Shown: positions 1-9,726 of the stretch, one piece after another
Position numbering within the stretch: position 1 is the first letter of the stretch
Layout: each line of letters opens with the position of its first letter
Source of the DNA: a virus
Lineage: Duplodnaviria > Caudoviricetes
Virus record (IMG/VR): IMGVR_UViG_3300046615_000177
Span: 32,001-96,000 of that record
Strand: one strand, 5' to 3'
Length of the DNA: 64,000 bases
Notes under the pieces: model-generated
Database searches by the model: none
Seen by the model: the letters and a program-made list of their open reading frames with translations, nothing else
What the model was told of the DNA's origin: nothing
Position numbers and translations under genes: made by a program

Positions 1-3000
1 GTTGGCGAAGTGCTCACGGTTCCGCATGAACGTATCGTAGTTGACGATATGGAAGTCATGATCTTCGGAAGCATGAGCTGATGTGTTCTTCTTGAAGCTC
101 TTGAAGTCCACCGCTTCCTGCTCATTGCCCGCCTGACCCCACATGCTGCGGCCGCGCTCGTTCTTGACGCCCTTCAGGCCGGAACCGATGAATAGCGCTG
201 TGCTGTTGGTGTGGGACCCGACTTCCTTACCCCAGTCAGACATGATGCCCTTCGGAGATACGATCAGGGTCTTCTTCGGCTTACGCCCTGCTGCCAGCTC
301 TTCTGCCTTGTAGTGCAGTCCGGCCACGACGCCCAGAATGGTCTTCCCGGTGCCCATGCCGTGCCCGGCGATTGCTCTTCCGCGCTTCCGAAGGTGGGCG
401 GCTCCTTCAAGCTGCGTCCCGTAGAGTCCTTGGCTCGGGTTCATCAGGTAGGAGTGTTCGTTGAACTGCGCCTTGTAGTGCTTGTCGAATTCCGGGTTGC
501 TCGTCTTGACCGTCGATGGCTGGAACTGATCACGAAGCTCCGGCACGCTCTCCGGTTTGCGGTCCTTGCGGGCAAAGTGGTCTTTCAGGTACTCCGACGC
601 TTCGTGCGTCAGCGATATGCCTCTGCTGTCCTTGCCAAGGTCTTCACGCAGCTTTTCGAACATGGCGGTGGATATGCGAGCTGTCCCGTCATTCAGAACC
701 CGGACGCCTGCGGATTCGACATGCTTCCGCATAGAATCGGGCACGTGTACCTCCAGCTCCTTGACGTACGAGCTGCTGAACTTCGCCATCAGCTCCTTGC
801 CCGCTTTGGAACGTCCCAGCACCTTCGCCAGCCGCTTGTGCTGCTGGTCAGACAGCTCGATGTCCTTCTGAAGGTTTCCGTCCTTATCGAACGCTCCTTG
901 ATTGACGTTAGCCTTCTGGAGGGCTTGTGTGAACAGGTCCTTGGCGAGGTCTGCCCGGCGCTGAGATTTTGGGTCTTCTCCCTTGAAGGCCTCCGCGATG
1001 TTCATCCGGTGCGCGCCAGATTTTGCTACTTTGACGACAGCGTTCCCGGAATCGGACAGGATTCGACCTTCTTCCCTAGCTGCCTTCAGCTCGCCTTTGC
1101 CAAACATCCCAATGACATGGCCTTTGCCGTCTGTGACCTTATAGGTGTCGCCCTCAATCGAGTGGATTCGACCCTTTCTGTACCCTGCGCCGTCCTTATA
1201 CATCACCGCGTTGCCTGCTTTCATGGCGACGTCGTTCTGTGTCGTAAAGCGTCGGTCCACCAGCTTACCGTTTTTAAACAAGGCCTTCACGGGTTCCCCA
1301 GTGGTCGGGTCGATACTGCCCTTCGGAACATCGCGGCTGTCAATATAGCGGTAACCGTCATACTTGCCTCCGACGACGCGCGGCGCTCCCTTACCGTCGT
1401 ATTCGAGCTGAATATGGTGACCCAGTGCGTCTCCGATGTGAATATCGCTGCCAAAGTGTGCCGTAATCCAGCGTCGGTTACCTACTGCGGACTTCAGAAG
1501 CTCGTTAAGGTCCGATTCGTTGGAAATAGGCTTACGCTGGTTCAACAAGCGCGCCATCAGAGGGTCCTTAATGTACCCTTCAGCATCGGTCGAGATGTGG
1601 TTAACAGTTCCATCCGCCATCTTCTGTGCGAAGGTCTGCATCTTGATCGAGCCGTCACTATCGCGAGCTTGGTCAACCAGCTTGAACTCTTTGTGCAGCA
1701 TGGTGTCCTGAAGCCCTGCTTTAGTGTTGGCGCGATGCTTCGCCCATTCGTCGTCTGTGATCTTCTTCATGAATGGCTTGTCTGCATCGGTGTTGGCAAA
1801 CTGCGTTAGGGTAGCCTTAAGGTTGGAAGCGTCCTTTCCGGTGTACCCTAGCGCCCGGCCAAGGTGTCCCCAGTTCGTTAAGTCCTCATGTGCCCCGCCG
1901 TCCGGGTCGAACGCTTCAGTAACAGCACTCGTGTACTTACCGCGCTCTTCGTTACCATCGGCGTCCTTCTTACGGGAGCCTGCTCCCCCTGTGAAGTCTC
2001 CGCCGATCTCCACCAGCATTGTCTTCCCGGTGATCGGGTTGCCAATCATGTACTTACCTTCCGGCAGCAGGTTCTTCCCTGCTTCCTCACGGGCGCGGCC
2101 CATTTCCTTCACGCCAAAAGACTCGGCCAGTGCTTCCATATTCCCGTCGGCTGCTGGGTTCATGCTGGCTACATCCTTCAGAAAGCTTCCCATTTTGTCC
2201 TTGTTACGGCCAGCTACTGAACCGATACCTGCCAGAACCTCGCGGGCCTTGGCTTCAGCTTCGGAAGGGTTCTTACCGGATTTATAGGTATCATGATAGG
2301 CTTGCAGCGCCTCTTTGACGCCCGGCTTGTTCAAGAAGTGACTTCCAAGATGGGTCCGCTTCTCGTCCTCTGTCATGCTGTCCAGCTCTTCGCGCTCAGC
2401 GTCTGGCAGGTCAGAGTAGACATCCAGCGCTTTATGGGAGTGGTTGTCAAGAAAGTCTTTCACATGTCCCCCTACAAGCCTATTGCCGTCCTTCTGCTTC
2501 CAGTCAGAACGCATCCGCTCCATTTGCTCGCGGAATGCTTGAACGCCGTGGTCGACCACATGGCGGTTATCCTCGTTGACGTCCGCATCACGGGTGAACT
2601 GAATATCTCCGGCGTCATCGAAGTCAACGCCCCGGTTCTTCTTGGCGTAGCTCGCGCGCTCAGTAGCGTAGTCAAAAGTACCGTCCTTCTTCCCGGCGTT
2701 CTTCTCTTTGGCTGCGATGTGGCTCTTCCATCCCTCACGAGCGGAGGCCTCGCGGCCCTCTTCGTGAGAAGCCAGCGCTTCCCTCTCATGATGAAACTCC
2801 AGCTTGTCCTCCTGCGCACCTGCGTTGTGCTCGTCCCGATGCGCCGCATTCGACGAATCATACAGAAGCTCCCCGGTAGTAGAGCTGACAAGCACACGCT
2901 TGCCGCCCCACGTAATCCATGCAGAGCCGGGGTTCTTCAGCAGCAGCTCTTCCGACCATGTCTTACCGCCACCCTTGGATCGGGCGGCGGCGTGCTGTTG

Positions 3001-5163
3001 TTCAGAGATACTTCCGTACTTCTTCTTGTTGGCCTTCACATACTCGGTTGCCCGGCTGTTAACGGCGTGGTTACTCCCGCCTTTATGGGGGAACATGGAC
3101 TTCCGAAGCTCGTTACGGTGCGCGTTGAACGACTTATACAGGTCGTTGTCCGGCGGCAGCGTAAGCTCGGTGATGTGCGCCACGACGTCGCCTTCGTCCA
3201 GCATGATAAAGCTGCCCACGTACTCGTGTGGCTCCATGGACTTCAGAAGGTCATCCTTGCTATCAGCATACAGCGTCCGGGTGTAGGTCTGCTGTAGAAC
3301 ATCGACACCCACACCCCAAGACCGCAGGGACTTCACGAGGTCGTATTCGTAGAAGGCCTTCATGATCGAACCAACTACAAGGGACTTCAGCATCCGTAGC
3401 TGCTGGATGGCAGGGTGATTCTGCATAACAGCGGCGCTGATCTTCTTCATTGCCCGACCAAGGGTGTTCTCGACCCATTTCGTGTCCACGTCCGCCCCGT
3501 GCTTGTCGTTGAGACGCTGCGCCACTTCGGAAGCCGTCATGCTCGCCTTACTGCCTGTTTCGGAAGCTTGGGAGTGCTTAATGGTCATTGCCCGGATTTC
3601 GTCGTCCGTCAGTCCCATGTCACGCATAGCCTGCGGAAGCGCACCCTTCAGTTCGGCCTGCCGCTCTTTCTCGATAGCTGCTTCTTCTGGGGAGGCTCCG
3701 GTACGCTCAGTTACGCTGTCCTTAATGGACACGGTCTTCCCATCGGCGCTCTCTGCGGCTGCTTTGTCGATGCTCGTCGTCTTCTGCTGAGCGCTGTAGT
3801 TCTTCAGTGCTCGAAGCTTGTCAGATGGGTCCTCATACCGCTTGTTGGTTTGCACCCAGTCGCCCTTAGCGTCGTCGTAGTGTGGCGCACGCACAATCGG
3901 GGCGTCCTTGAATGCCTTGGAGTTGGCTTCGAGATGGTCAGCCAGCTCCCCATGCGTAGGTGCCCGGCCAAGCTTCTGCGTCAGCGACTCTTCATGCTTC
4001 CGCATATCCCCGATAGCTCCACGAATCTCGTGCGGTGCCGGGATGTCGTTCATGAAGTCGTAGATATCGCGGTGGAGCTTCTGCTTCATCCGGGAAATGG
4101 TATGAGCTGCGATGGATGTCCCCTGCTCGGGGTTCTGGCTACCGGACAGGACACTATGCAGTGTTTCGTACATGGAGCCGCGAGCTGCCTGAAGCAGGTC
4201 ACCGTATACACCCTGCTCTTGCTGCACATTAGCATCCTTGGCAGCTTCCTTCTTGCCCTCTGCGGAACGGTTTGCCCCTTTATGCCGCTTCAGGATGTGC
4301 ATCTGTCCCATGACATGAAGTCCCCGGGACTCGGCCATCTTCTTCACAACATGGCGGGCCAGCTTGTCGTTAGCCTGCGTGATCGCCCCGGCCACGTTCT
4401 TGATGTCCTCCGCATTGCGCTTGTTGACGGGCAGCGCCATAATAGCCTGCACCTTAGGCGTGTTCCACATCGCATCAATGTGAGTAGCTTCAGCGCTCGG
4501 TGTGGACTCCAGCTTGTTCAGCTCGTCCGCTGCCTTGCTCTGCTCGTTAGCCTTCGGGTCCTCCTGCTGCCGCTTGCGGTTCTGCGGGATGGTGCCCTTG
4601 ACCTCCTTGGTCTTGCTGCTCTCGTCGTGCGTGGTATCGCGCTTCAGCACAGGCGCTTCCAAAGCCTGCGTCCGCTTACTCTTACGACCTTCGGAAGCTT
4701 GCACAATGTTGTCGATTGCCGTCGATGCGGTTGCTGTCGATTTCGACGGCTTCCGGGTGTCGGATGCTGTCGAAACGGTAGGGTCTGTCAAATTTTGGCC
4801 CCGACCCGTGCCTCCCGTGGCATTGGTCTTGTTGGCCTCTTTAGTAGCCTTGCCCTTCGCAGCGGCGTTCGCTGCACGCTTAGCTTTGGCGTCGGCCTTC
4901 TTCTTGGCCTCTACGACCTTGGCGTGGTCGTTGGCATGCAGCACGTTCTCGCGTTTGACCTTACCGACTCTGCCGTCTTCGAACCGCACCTTGTGGTGGG
5001 TGTCTCCGGTCTCCTGCACGACTCCTGCTTTGCCCGTGCTCGTTACAACCTTGCTGCCGCCCTTGATGGCCGTGAACTTACCGTACGTATCACGTGGGTG
5101 TAGCGAATCTCTCCACGACTTCTGAAGGCGGTCGCTCCCGATATACAGCACAACATCTCCCAT
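1..5163 (-). CDS. Giant polyvalent virion-type protein (>=1721 aa, runs off window): sigma70-like domain + SNF2 helicase/ATPase
   Basis: Absent from the ORF track because it has no stop in the window. ATG at 5163 follows RBS AAGGAGG. Manual translation begins MGDVVLYIGSDRLQKSWRDSLHPRDTYGKF. Sigma r2 YGDLLQAARGSMYETL (~4160-4206), r3 SLTQKLGRAPTHGELADHL, r4 MTASEVAQRL...RAMKKI (~3440-3540). SNF2 motifs HGMGTGKT (340-363), LIVSPKGIMSDW and IVNYD. Confidence 0.88.
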   Translation of the reverse strand, partial: MGDVVLYIGSDRLQKSWRDSLHPRDTYGKFTAIKGGSKVVTSTGKAGVVQETGDTHHKVRFEDGRVGKVKRENVLHANDHAKVVEAKKKADAKAKRAANAAAKGKATKEANKTNATGGTGRGQNLTDPTVSTASDTRKPSKSTATASTAIDNIVQASEGRKSKRTQALEAPVLKRDTTHDESSKTKEVKGTIPQNRKRQQEDPKANEQSKAADELNKLESTPSAEATHIDAMWNTPKVQAIMALPVNKRNAEDIKNVAGAITQANDKLARHVVKKMAESRGLHVMGQMHILKRHKGANRSAEGKKEAAKDANVQQEQGVYGDLLQAARGSMYETLHSVLSGSQNPEQGTSIAAHTISRMKQKLHRDIYDFMNDIPAPHEIRGAIGDMRKHEESLTQKLGRAPTHGELADHLEANSKAFKDAPIVRAPHYDDAKGDWVQTNKRYEDPSDKLRALKNYSAQQKTTSIDKAAAESADGKTVSIKDSVTERTGASPEEAAIEKERQAELKGALPQAMRDMGLTDDEIRAMTIKHSQASETGSKASMTASEVAQRLNDKHGADVDTKWVENTLGRAMKKISAAVMQNHPAIQQLRMLKSLVVGSIMKAFYEYDLVKSLRSWGVGVDVLQQTYTRTLYADSKDDLLKSMEPHEYVGSFIMLDEGDVVAHITELTLPPDNDLYKSFNAHRNELRKSMFPHKGGSNHAVNSRATEYVKANKKKYGSISEQQHAAARSKGGGKTWSEELLLKNPGSAWITWGGKRVLVSSTTGELLYDSSNAAHRDEHNAGAQEDKLEFHHEREALASHEEGREASAREGWKSHIAAKEKNAGKKDGTFDYATERASYAKKNRGVDFDDAGDIQFTRDADVNEDNRHVVDHGVQAFREQMERMRSDWKQKDGNRLVGGHVKDFLDNHSHKALDVYSDLPDAEREELDSMTEDEKRTHLGSHFLNKPGVKEALQAYHDTYKSGKNPSEAEAKAREVLAGIGSVAGRNKDKMGSFLKDVASMNPAADGNMEALAESFGVKEMGRAREEAGKNLLPEGKYMIGNPITGKTMLVEIGGDFTGGAGSRKKDADGNEERGKYTSAVTEAFDPDGGAHEDLTNWGHLGRALGYTGKDASNLKATLTQFANTDADKPFMKKITDDEWAKHRANTKAGLQDTMLHKEFKLVDQARDSDGSIKMQTFAQKMADGTVNHISTDAEGYIKDPLMARLLNQRKPISNESDLNELLKSAVGNRRWITAHFGSDIHIGDALGHHIQLEYDGKGAPRVVGGKYDGYRYIDSRDVPKGSIDPTTGEPVKALFKNGKLVDRRFTTQNDVAMKAGNAVMYKDGAGYRKGRIHSIEGDTYKVTDGKGHVIGMFGKGELKAAREEGRILSDSGNAVVKVAKSGAHRMNIAEAFKGEDPKSQRRADLAKDLFTQALQKANVNQGAFDKDGNLQKDIELSDQQHKRLAKVLGRSKAGKELMAKFSSSYVKELEVHVPDSMRKHVESAGVRVLNDGTARISTAMFEKLREDLGKDSRGISLTHEASEYLKDHFARKDRKPESVPELRDQFQPSTVKTSNPEFDKHYKAQFNEHSYLMNPSQGLYGTQLEGAAHLRKRGRAIAGHGMGTGKTILGVVAGLHYKAEELAAGRKPKKTLIVSPKGIMSDWGKEVGSHTNSTALFIGSGLKGVKNERGRSMWGQAGNEQEAVDFKSFKKNTSAHASEDHDFHIVNYDTFMRNREHFAN

Positions 5164-5189
5164 GCCTTACCCCTCCTTATTTCGCGCAC

Positions 5190-5218
5190 AAAAAGCACCC
5201 GGCCTATCCACCGGATGC
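5190..5218 (-). terminator. Rho-independent terminator-like hairpin
   Basis: Minus strand GCATCCGG-N8-CCGGGTGC followed by TTTTT. Confidence 0.6.
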
Positions 5219-5301
5219 AAATTGTCGGTTATTGGCGAGTTCATTCTATCAGACCCGCCATGGTTTTGAATAGGTTAGACTTCGGAAGTCCTGTAAACGA
5301 C

Positions 5302-5332
5302 AAATAACCCTAGCCATTTAGACTAGGGTTAT
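5302..5332 (-). terminator. Terminator-like hairpin after the polyvalent protein gene
   Basis: ATAACCCTAG...CTAGGGTTAT perfect 10-bp stem, T-rich tail on the minus strand. Confidence 0.6.
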
Positions 5333-5436
5333 AAGCAGTGAAGAGGTGTCGAAGCTCCCACCTAATAACAGTGAAGCCTACTTCGGCGGAGTGGAATCTA
5401 CCGTTTCGTGCCTAGTTCTACATTAGCACATCACAC

Positions 5437-8400
5437 CTACTCTCGCAAGGTCTCTCCGTCATTAAATATCTTCCGGTCCTCGTCCGGGTTCGGAATAGGG
5501 ACGATGACGCCGACCCCGAAAGGTACAGGCTGGCGGCTCACCAGCTCTCCGTGTTCGTCCTCTTCAATCCACGGAGGCTTCGGAAGTGCGATGACGTAGG
5601 CAGCAGTCTCGTCGTACAGGTCGTACTGGGAAATGGCGTAGCCCAGCGCCTGCTCAAACAAGTTGGTAAAGCAGGTCTCCTGTGCTTCCTTGTCGTCATC
5701 ATTACCCTTGCCCTTAGTTTGCACGTAGCCCTTGGCATTGATAGCTTCAAGCTCTTTCTGCCCGATGCCACGGTACATGACATTGGGGTCTCCGCCGAAG
5801 GGGTCGTTGCCCGCTGGGTCAGCGATGATCGACTTCCACAGCACCCGGTACTTGGCGATGGCTTCCCGCCGCTCGGCTTCATCCTTGCCCTTCACGATGC
5901 AAGGGACATGGGTGTAGTCCTTCTCCTTGGATGCTATCCAGCGGTGGTGCCCGTCGTGGACGTCATCGTCGTATCCGATCTCCACAGGCTTCAGGCCGAC
6001 GCCCTGCGTCATCTTCTCCATATTCTCGCGCACCTTGTCCCAGTTGGTCGCTTCCTCGGTTTGGTACACCATTTTCAGGCGGTTGACTGGGATGTAGATA
6101 ACTTCTGAAGGGTCGGTCTCATGGTCGATAGCGTAGGCGCTCCGCTCGGTGATGCCGGAGACCACAGCGTCCGGGTCTCTGCGGGCTTGCATAGCCGCCA
6201 GCCTTGCCACGTAGTCGTTGCCCTTCGCTCGAAGCTCCTGCTCATTGAACAGCACATGCCCGTCGTACCGCCCGGTCAGCTCCTTATTGCGAATCTCCGT
6301 CAGGCTTATGTCACCCATGGACTTGCGTAGCTCCATGTCCATCGCCTTCTTCAGGGCCTTGGTCTTGGTGATGTGCTTCAGGAGCGCATCCATGGCGGCG
6401 TGCATGTGCTTGCGCTCGTCACCTACTGGGAACGGCGCGTCGAGGTTTCCCTTGGAAGTCTTCGTGTCCCACACAAGGTAGTTGTTTTTACGCTTCTTGG
6501 CGGTCAGTTTATCCTCGATCATGGACTCGAACACCCGGGCAAACATCTCGCACCCTTGGGCGTAGTATGACTTCCCGCCTCCGTCAAACTCCTGCATCCG
6601 GGTGTAGTACTCACTCTTACCCGTGGGCACCTGAATCTCGCCCTTGTACTCGGCTCCGGTCTTGCGCTTCATCTCGTAGGCGACCATGTGAGGCAAGGCA
6701 TTAAGCTCTTTCGTATGATTACGCTGCGCAATCTTAATACGCTTCTCCCGGTCCTTATCGGATTTTACGAAAGAGCTATTCATGACTCGGCTGACCGCAC
6801 GGTCGTACTCGTTGTCGATCTTGTCCTTCCAGCGGGTATACACCGTTTCAGGACTGTCCCCTGCCTCTATTTCCCGGCGCATGCTTGGGTAATAGGAGCC
6901 TGCGGGTCTGGCCGTGGAGTCTATCGAAATCTTTGTTACACCGCCGGGCTGTCCCGGTGCAGGCTTGCGAACGGCTTCCATCAGGTCACCGTATAGTCTC
7001 TTCAGCTCGGGGTCCCCATCGCCCATCGACTGCGGCGCATCGGATGCCAAGGATAGCGATCCAGCGCTACCATGCGAGTAGGCATACATGATATTGTCCA
7101 TCGCATGGCCCCACTCATGCGCGAGGGACCCCGCGCCGCCGAACTTGGTCATGTTGATGACCTTACGGTCCGGCTCATAGTGGGCTACTGCTCCAGCTTT
7201 ACCACGAGCACCGAACGCTATCGACAGCCGCCCATTCAGGGATACGTCCTTGTCCTCCACTCCGATGATATCAGCGAGGTCACTGAAGGCTTCGGAAGCA
7301 CGCTTCAGGTGGTACAGGCCAGACGAATCGTCCACCCAGTTACCAAACTCCACGCCCTTCACGTTGAACTGCTTGACCATGTCCTCCGGCTTCTTGACGG
7401 TCGTTTCCTTCCCACCTGTTCGCTGGTGCTCACTGACGGCCATGCGCTCCCACTTCTTCCTGCCTGCTCCCCGTGTGGAGGAACGGTCCTTCTCGTCGGC
7501 CCCATCTGCTGCGGCTTCGGAAGGCTTGAAGTAAGTGTCCCAGTTCAGCTTCTTGTCGACCACTGTCTGGAAGGTGCGCACGCGAGAGTTGCCGTTTGTG
7601 AAGAAGTTATTCAGCTTGTCTCCCATAGCCTCGAAGTCCATAACCTTCTTGGCGGCTTCGGCCTTGCTGATACGCTCGTTGTAGTAATCGTGGTTGAAGT
7701 AGGAGGCTGAACCGCTGTTTGCTACCTTATGCTTCAGCTCCGCCAGCCCGTCGCTCTCTCTTGCAATGGTGCCCAGCTCAGACACGGACTTCCGAATGTT
7801 GTCCCACGTCTTAATAGGGGCGAGCACCCGGTGAAGCTGCCGGATACCGTTCAGGTAGGCCGCACGATCCTCGGGCTTGTCACCCGCAGGCTTCGGTGCT
7901 ACCCGGTCGTATATAAGCTGCTTCAACATAGCAGCGTTAATCTCCACACCGTTCTTCTGCTCCTGCTCGAAGTCTACAGGTGGCAGGATGTTCTTCTTCA
8001 CACACATCTTCTGTGCCACTTCCGGCGCAACCTTCTCCAGCGCTTCAAGGTTCTGCATCGTCGGCTCGGTAGTAAAGTTCTTTTGGAACGTGTCCTTGCG
8101 AGCGCCGCCCACCTTGTCGCCTACGTCGTAGGCCAGCTCTCGGTTAGCTTGGGCTTCGGAACGAATGTCGGCTACCTTGCCCGGCGCTTTCGCTTGTTTG
8201 CCCCCTGCCGGAGCCGCTTTTGGTGACTTCGGCTTCGCGGCTGGTTTGCGGTCTGGTTTGATGTCCACAGGTACTGTGAGTGTGGCGGGCTGCTTACCTC
8301 GAACAGGCTTCTTTCCAGCTCCGCCCACTGTTCCTGAGTCGATTTCTTTTCCGGCGGCGGGCTTTCGCTTAGCCGCAGGTTTGCCAGCGCTGCTACCAGC

Positions 8401-8856
8401 CTCGCCATCGACGGCCTTCCCAGCCCCACGACTATTACCCTTTGCCGCTCCTCCACTGGCTGCGCTCCCCTTCTTTGCCGCTACTCGTTTTTGCTTGGCT
8501 GCGGCCTTGGCTTCAGCGGCAACGTTGGCCTGATGCTTCTGAAGCTGCGGTTTGGTGGCCTTCTTCGCGCCACCACTAACTGCCGGAACCGATCCTGCCA
8601 GTACCTTGCCGTCCTTGACGTAAATATGGTGACCACTCATGGTCACCCATTGCCCACCCGGAGGCAGTTCCTTATGAACCGCCTTGGCTTGGGTCTTCGT
8701 TATCTTCGTCGTCTTCTTTGTCGTACTGGCGGTACCACTCCCCGCAGATTTTACCTTCGTCTTCGTCGTCGGTGGTTTGGTCGTCGTGCTTTTCAGTGCC
8801 TTCCGAAGTTCCTCCGGGTTGTTGATGATGTTCAGGCTGCTCGCGTCCAGTAGCAT
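5437..8856 (-). CDS. Large polyvalent protein: Lys/Ala-rich N-terminus, LPD1/zincin-like domain, ParB/Srx-like domain, ADP-ribosyltransferase-like C-terminus
   Basis: LPD1-type motifs GVEFGNW, LSIAFGARG, AHYEP, SLAHEWGHAMD and EMFARVFE. ParB/Srx motif DGHHRW. ART-like MYRGI...CFT...ALGYA...EHGELV. Start moved to the ATG at 8856 (RBS GGGGGAG). Confidence 0.8.
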   Translation of the reverse strand: MLLDASSLNIINNPEELRKALKSTTTKPPTTKTKVKSAGSGTASTTKKTTKITKTQAKAVHKELPPGGQWVTMSGHHIYVKDGKVLAGSVPAVSGGAKKATKPQLQKHQANVAAEAKAAAKQKRVAAKKGSAASGGAAKGNSRGAGKAVDGEAGSSAGKPAAKRKPAAGKEIDSGTVGGAGKKPVRGKQPATLTVPVDIKPDRKPAAKPKSPKAAPAGGKQAKAPGKVADIRSEAQANRELAYDVGDKVGGARKDTFQKNFTTEPTMQNLEALEKVAPEVAQKMCVKKNILPPVDFEQEQKNGVEINAAMLKQLIYDRVAPKPAGDKPEDRAAYLNGIRQLHRVLAPIKTWDNIRKSVSELGTIARESDGLAELKHKVANSGSASYFNHDYYNERISKAEAAKKVMDFEAMGDKLNNFFTNGNSRVRTFQTVVDKKLNWDTYFKPSEAAADGADEKDRSSTRGAGRKKWERMAVSEHQRTGGKETTVKKPEDMVKQFNVKGVEFGNWVDDSSGLYHLKRASEAFSDLADIIGVEDKDVSLNGRLSIAFGARGKAGAVAHYEPDRKVINMTKFGGAGSLAHEWGHAMDNIMYAYSHGSAGSLSLASDAPQSMGDGDPELKRLYGDLMEAVRKPAPGQPGGVTKISIDSTARPAGSYYPSMRREIEAGDSPETVYTRWKDKIDNEYDRAVSRVMNSSFVKSDKDREKRIKIAQRNHTKELNALPHMVAYEMKRKTGAEYKGEIQVPTGKSEYYTRMQEFDGGGKSYYAQGCEMFARVFESMIEDKLTAKKRKNNYLVWDTKTSKGNLDAPFPVGDERKHMHAAMDALLKHITKTKALKKAMDMELRKSMGDISLTEIRNKELTGRYDGHVLFNEQELRAKGNDYVARLAAMQARRDPDAVVSGITERSAYAIDHETDPSEVIYIPVNRLKMVYQTEEATNWDKVRENMEKMTQGVGLKPVEIGYDDDVHDGHHRWIASKEKDYTHVPCIVKGKDEAERREAIAKYRVLWKSIIADPAGNDPFGGDPNVMYRGIGQKELEAINAKGYVQTKGKGNDDDKEAQETCFTNLFEQALGYAISQYDLYDETAAYVIALPKPPWIEEDEHGELVSRQPVPFGVGVIVPIPNPDEDRKIFNDGETLRE

Positions 8857-9133
8857 CGGTTTGCTCCCCCTTCTCATGCAAGATGGCAGGGACTGCGTTG
8901 TCCGTGTAGTAAGCATTGACATGACCTTCGCCCACGTCCACCTTCACCAGCTTTAGTAGCCCCTTGCGCACCAGCTTCTTTAGTCCGTTCTTGCTGATCA
9001 TATCCGACTCTGTAAGCACGATTCCTGCGACAGGCATCCCGGTGGATACCACCATGCCGTCAATGGCGGTCAGAACGAAGCCCTCGCGGGATTGTCTGAA
9101 TTGCAGCGTGCCCTCGGTCTGTGGGTAATTCAT
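8672..9133 (-). CDS. Hypothetical protein
   Basis: RBS AAGGAG; 3' end overlaps the next gene by ~185 nt. Confidence 0.6.
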   Translation of the reverse strand: MNYPQTEGTLQFRQSREGFVLTAIDGMVVSTGMPVAGIVLTESDMISKNGLKKLVRKGLLKLVKVDVGEGHVNAYYTDNAVPAILHEKGEQTDATGREQPEHHQQPGGTSEGTEKHDDQTTDDEDEGKICGEWYRQYDKEDDEDNEDPSQGGS

Positions 9134-9153
9134 AGCTACCAGCTCCTTTATAA

Positions 9154-9657
9154 TTAGGCCTCAGTGACTTCGACCTGTAAGTATACAACAATCATGAACC
9201 GATGCTGCTCTGCGATGCGCGCCAGCCGCATGAGAGTAGGAGGCACCAGCACTTTAAGTTTTACGCGAGCCGGGTCAATGGTCAGGTCTCTTTCCTTTGT
9301 GGTGAACACCTTACGCTCTTCAGCCGGAAGGTATCCCTCTGGATATGTCTCTACTGCGCTATACGCGCTTGGCAGGTGGACGGTCATTGGTTCCTGACCT
9401 TCGGAAGGTACGAAGCCGTCAAAGTGCGGAGCCAGTAGCCCTGCAATTGCGTACCCTAATCCCTCAGCAAAGTCCTCTGTCGCCTTTGCAACAACATCAT
9501 CGTCGTTCTCATAGGCCTTGTACGTGTAGGTGCGCCCGTAGCACTTAGTGCCGCCTGTGGTGAACACCTTCTCGTTAGGTAATGCCTCATACAGCCCGCC
9601 TATCTCCAGTTGCTGCGAGTTGTGCTCATACGGAATGTTCTCAATTTCGAGTCTCAT
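9154..9657 (-). CDS. Hypothetical protein
   Basis: 167-aa ORF with purine-rich RBS, fits the gene packing. Confidence 0.7.
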   Translation of the reverse strand: MRLEIENIPYEHNSQQLEIGGLYEALPNEKVFTTGGTKCYGRTYTYKAYENDDDVVAKATEDFAEGLGYAIAGLLAPHFDGFVPSEGQEPMTVHLPSAYSAVETYPEGYLPAEERKVFTTKERDLTIDPARVKLKVLVPPTLMRLARIAEQHRFMIVVYLQVEVTEA

Positions 9658-9726
9658 TGTCCTTCATCCCCTTAATTGGTATTTGATGGCCCCATGCTAT
9701 ACTAGGCCTTCCGAAGCCGTCAAGCA

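Noticed and set aside
211-5103. Long plus-strand ORFs (211-1809, 2293-3297, 3415-5103)
   Set aside because: Codon-aligned antisense shadows of the giant minus-strand gene; no RBS or protein motifs.
8857-8922. ORF-track N-terminal extensions (also 37625, 38445, 41493, 42038, 45487)
   Set aside because: Better RBS-supported starts lie downstream; several extensions run through promoter or leader elements.
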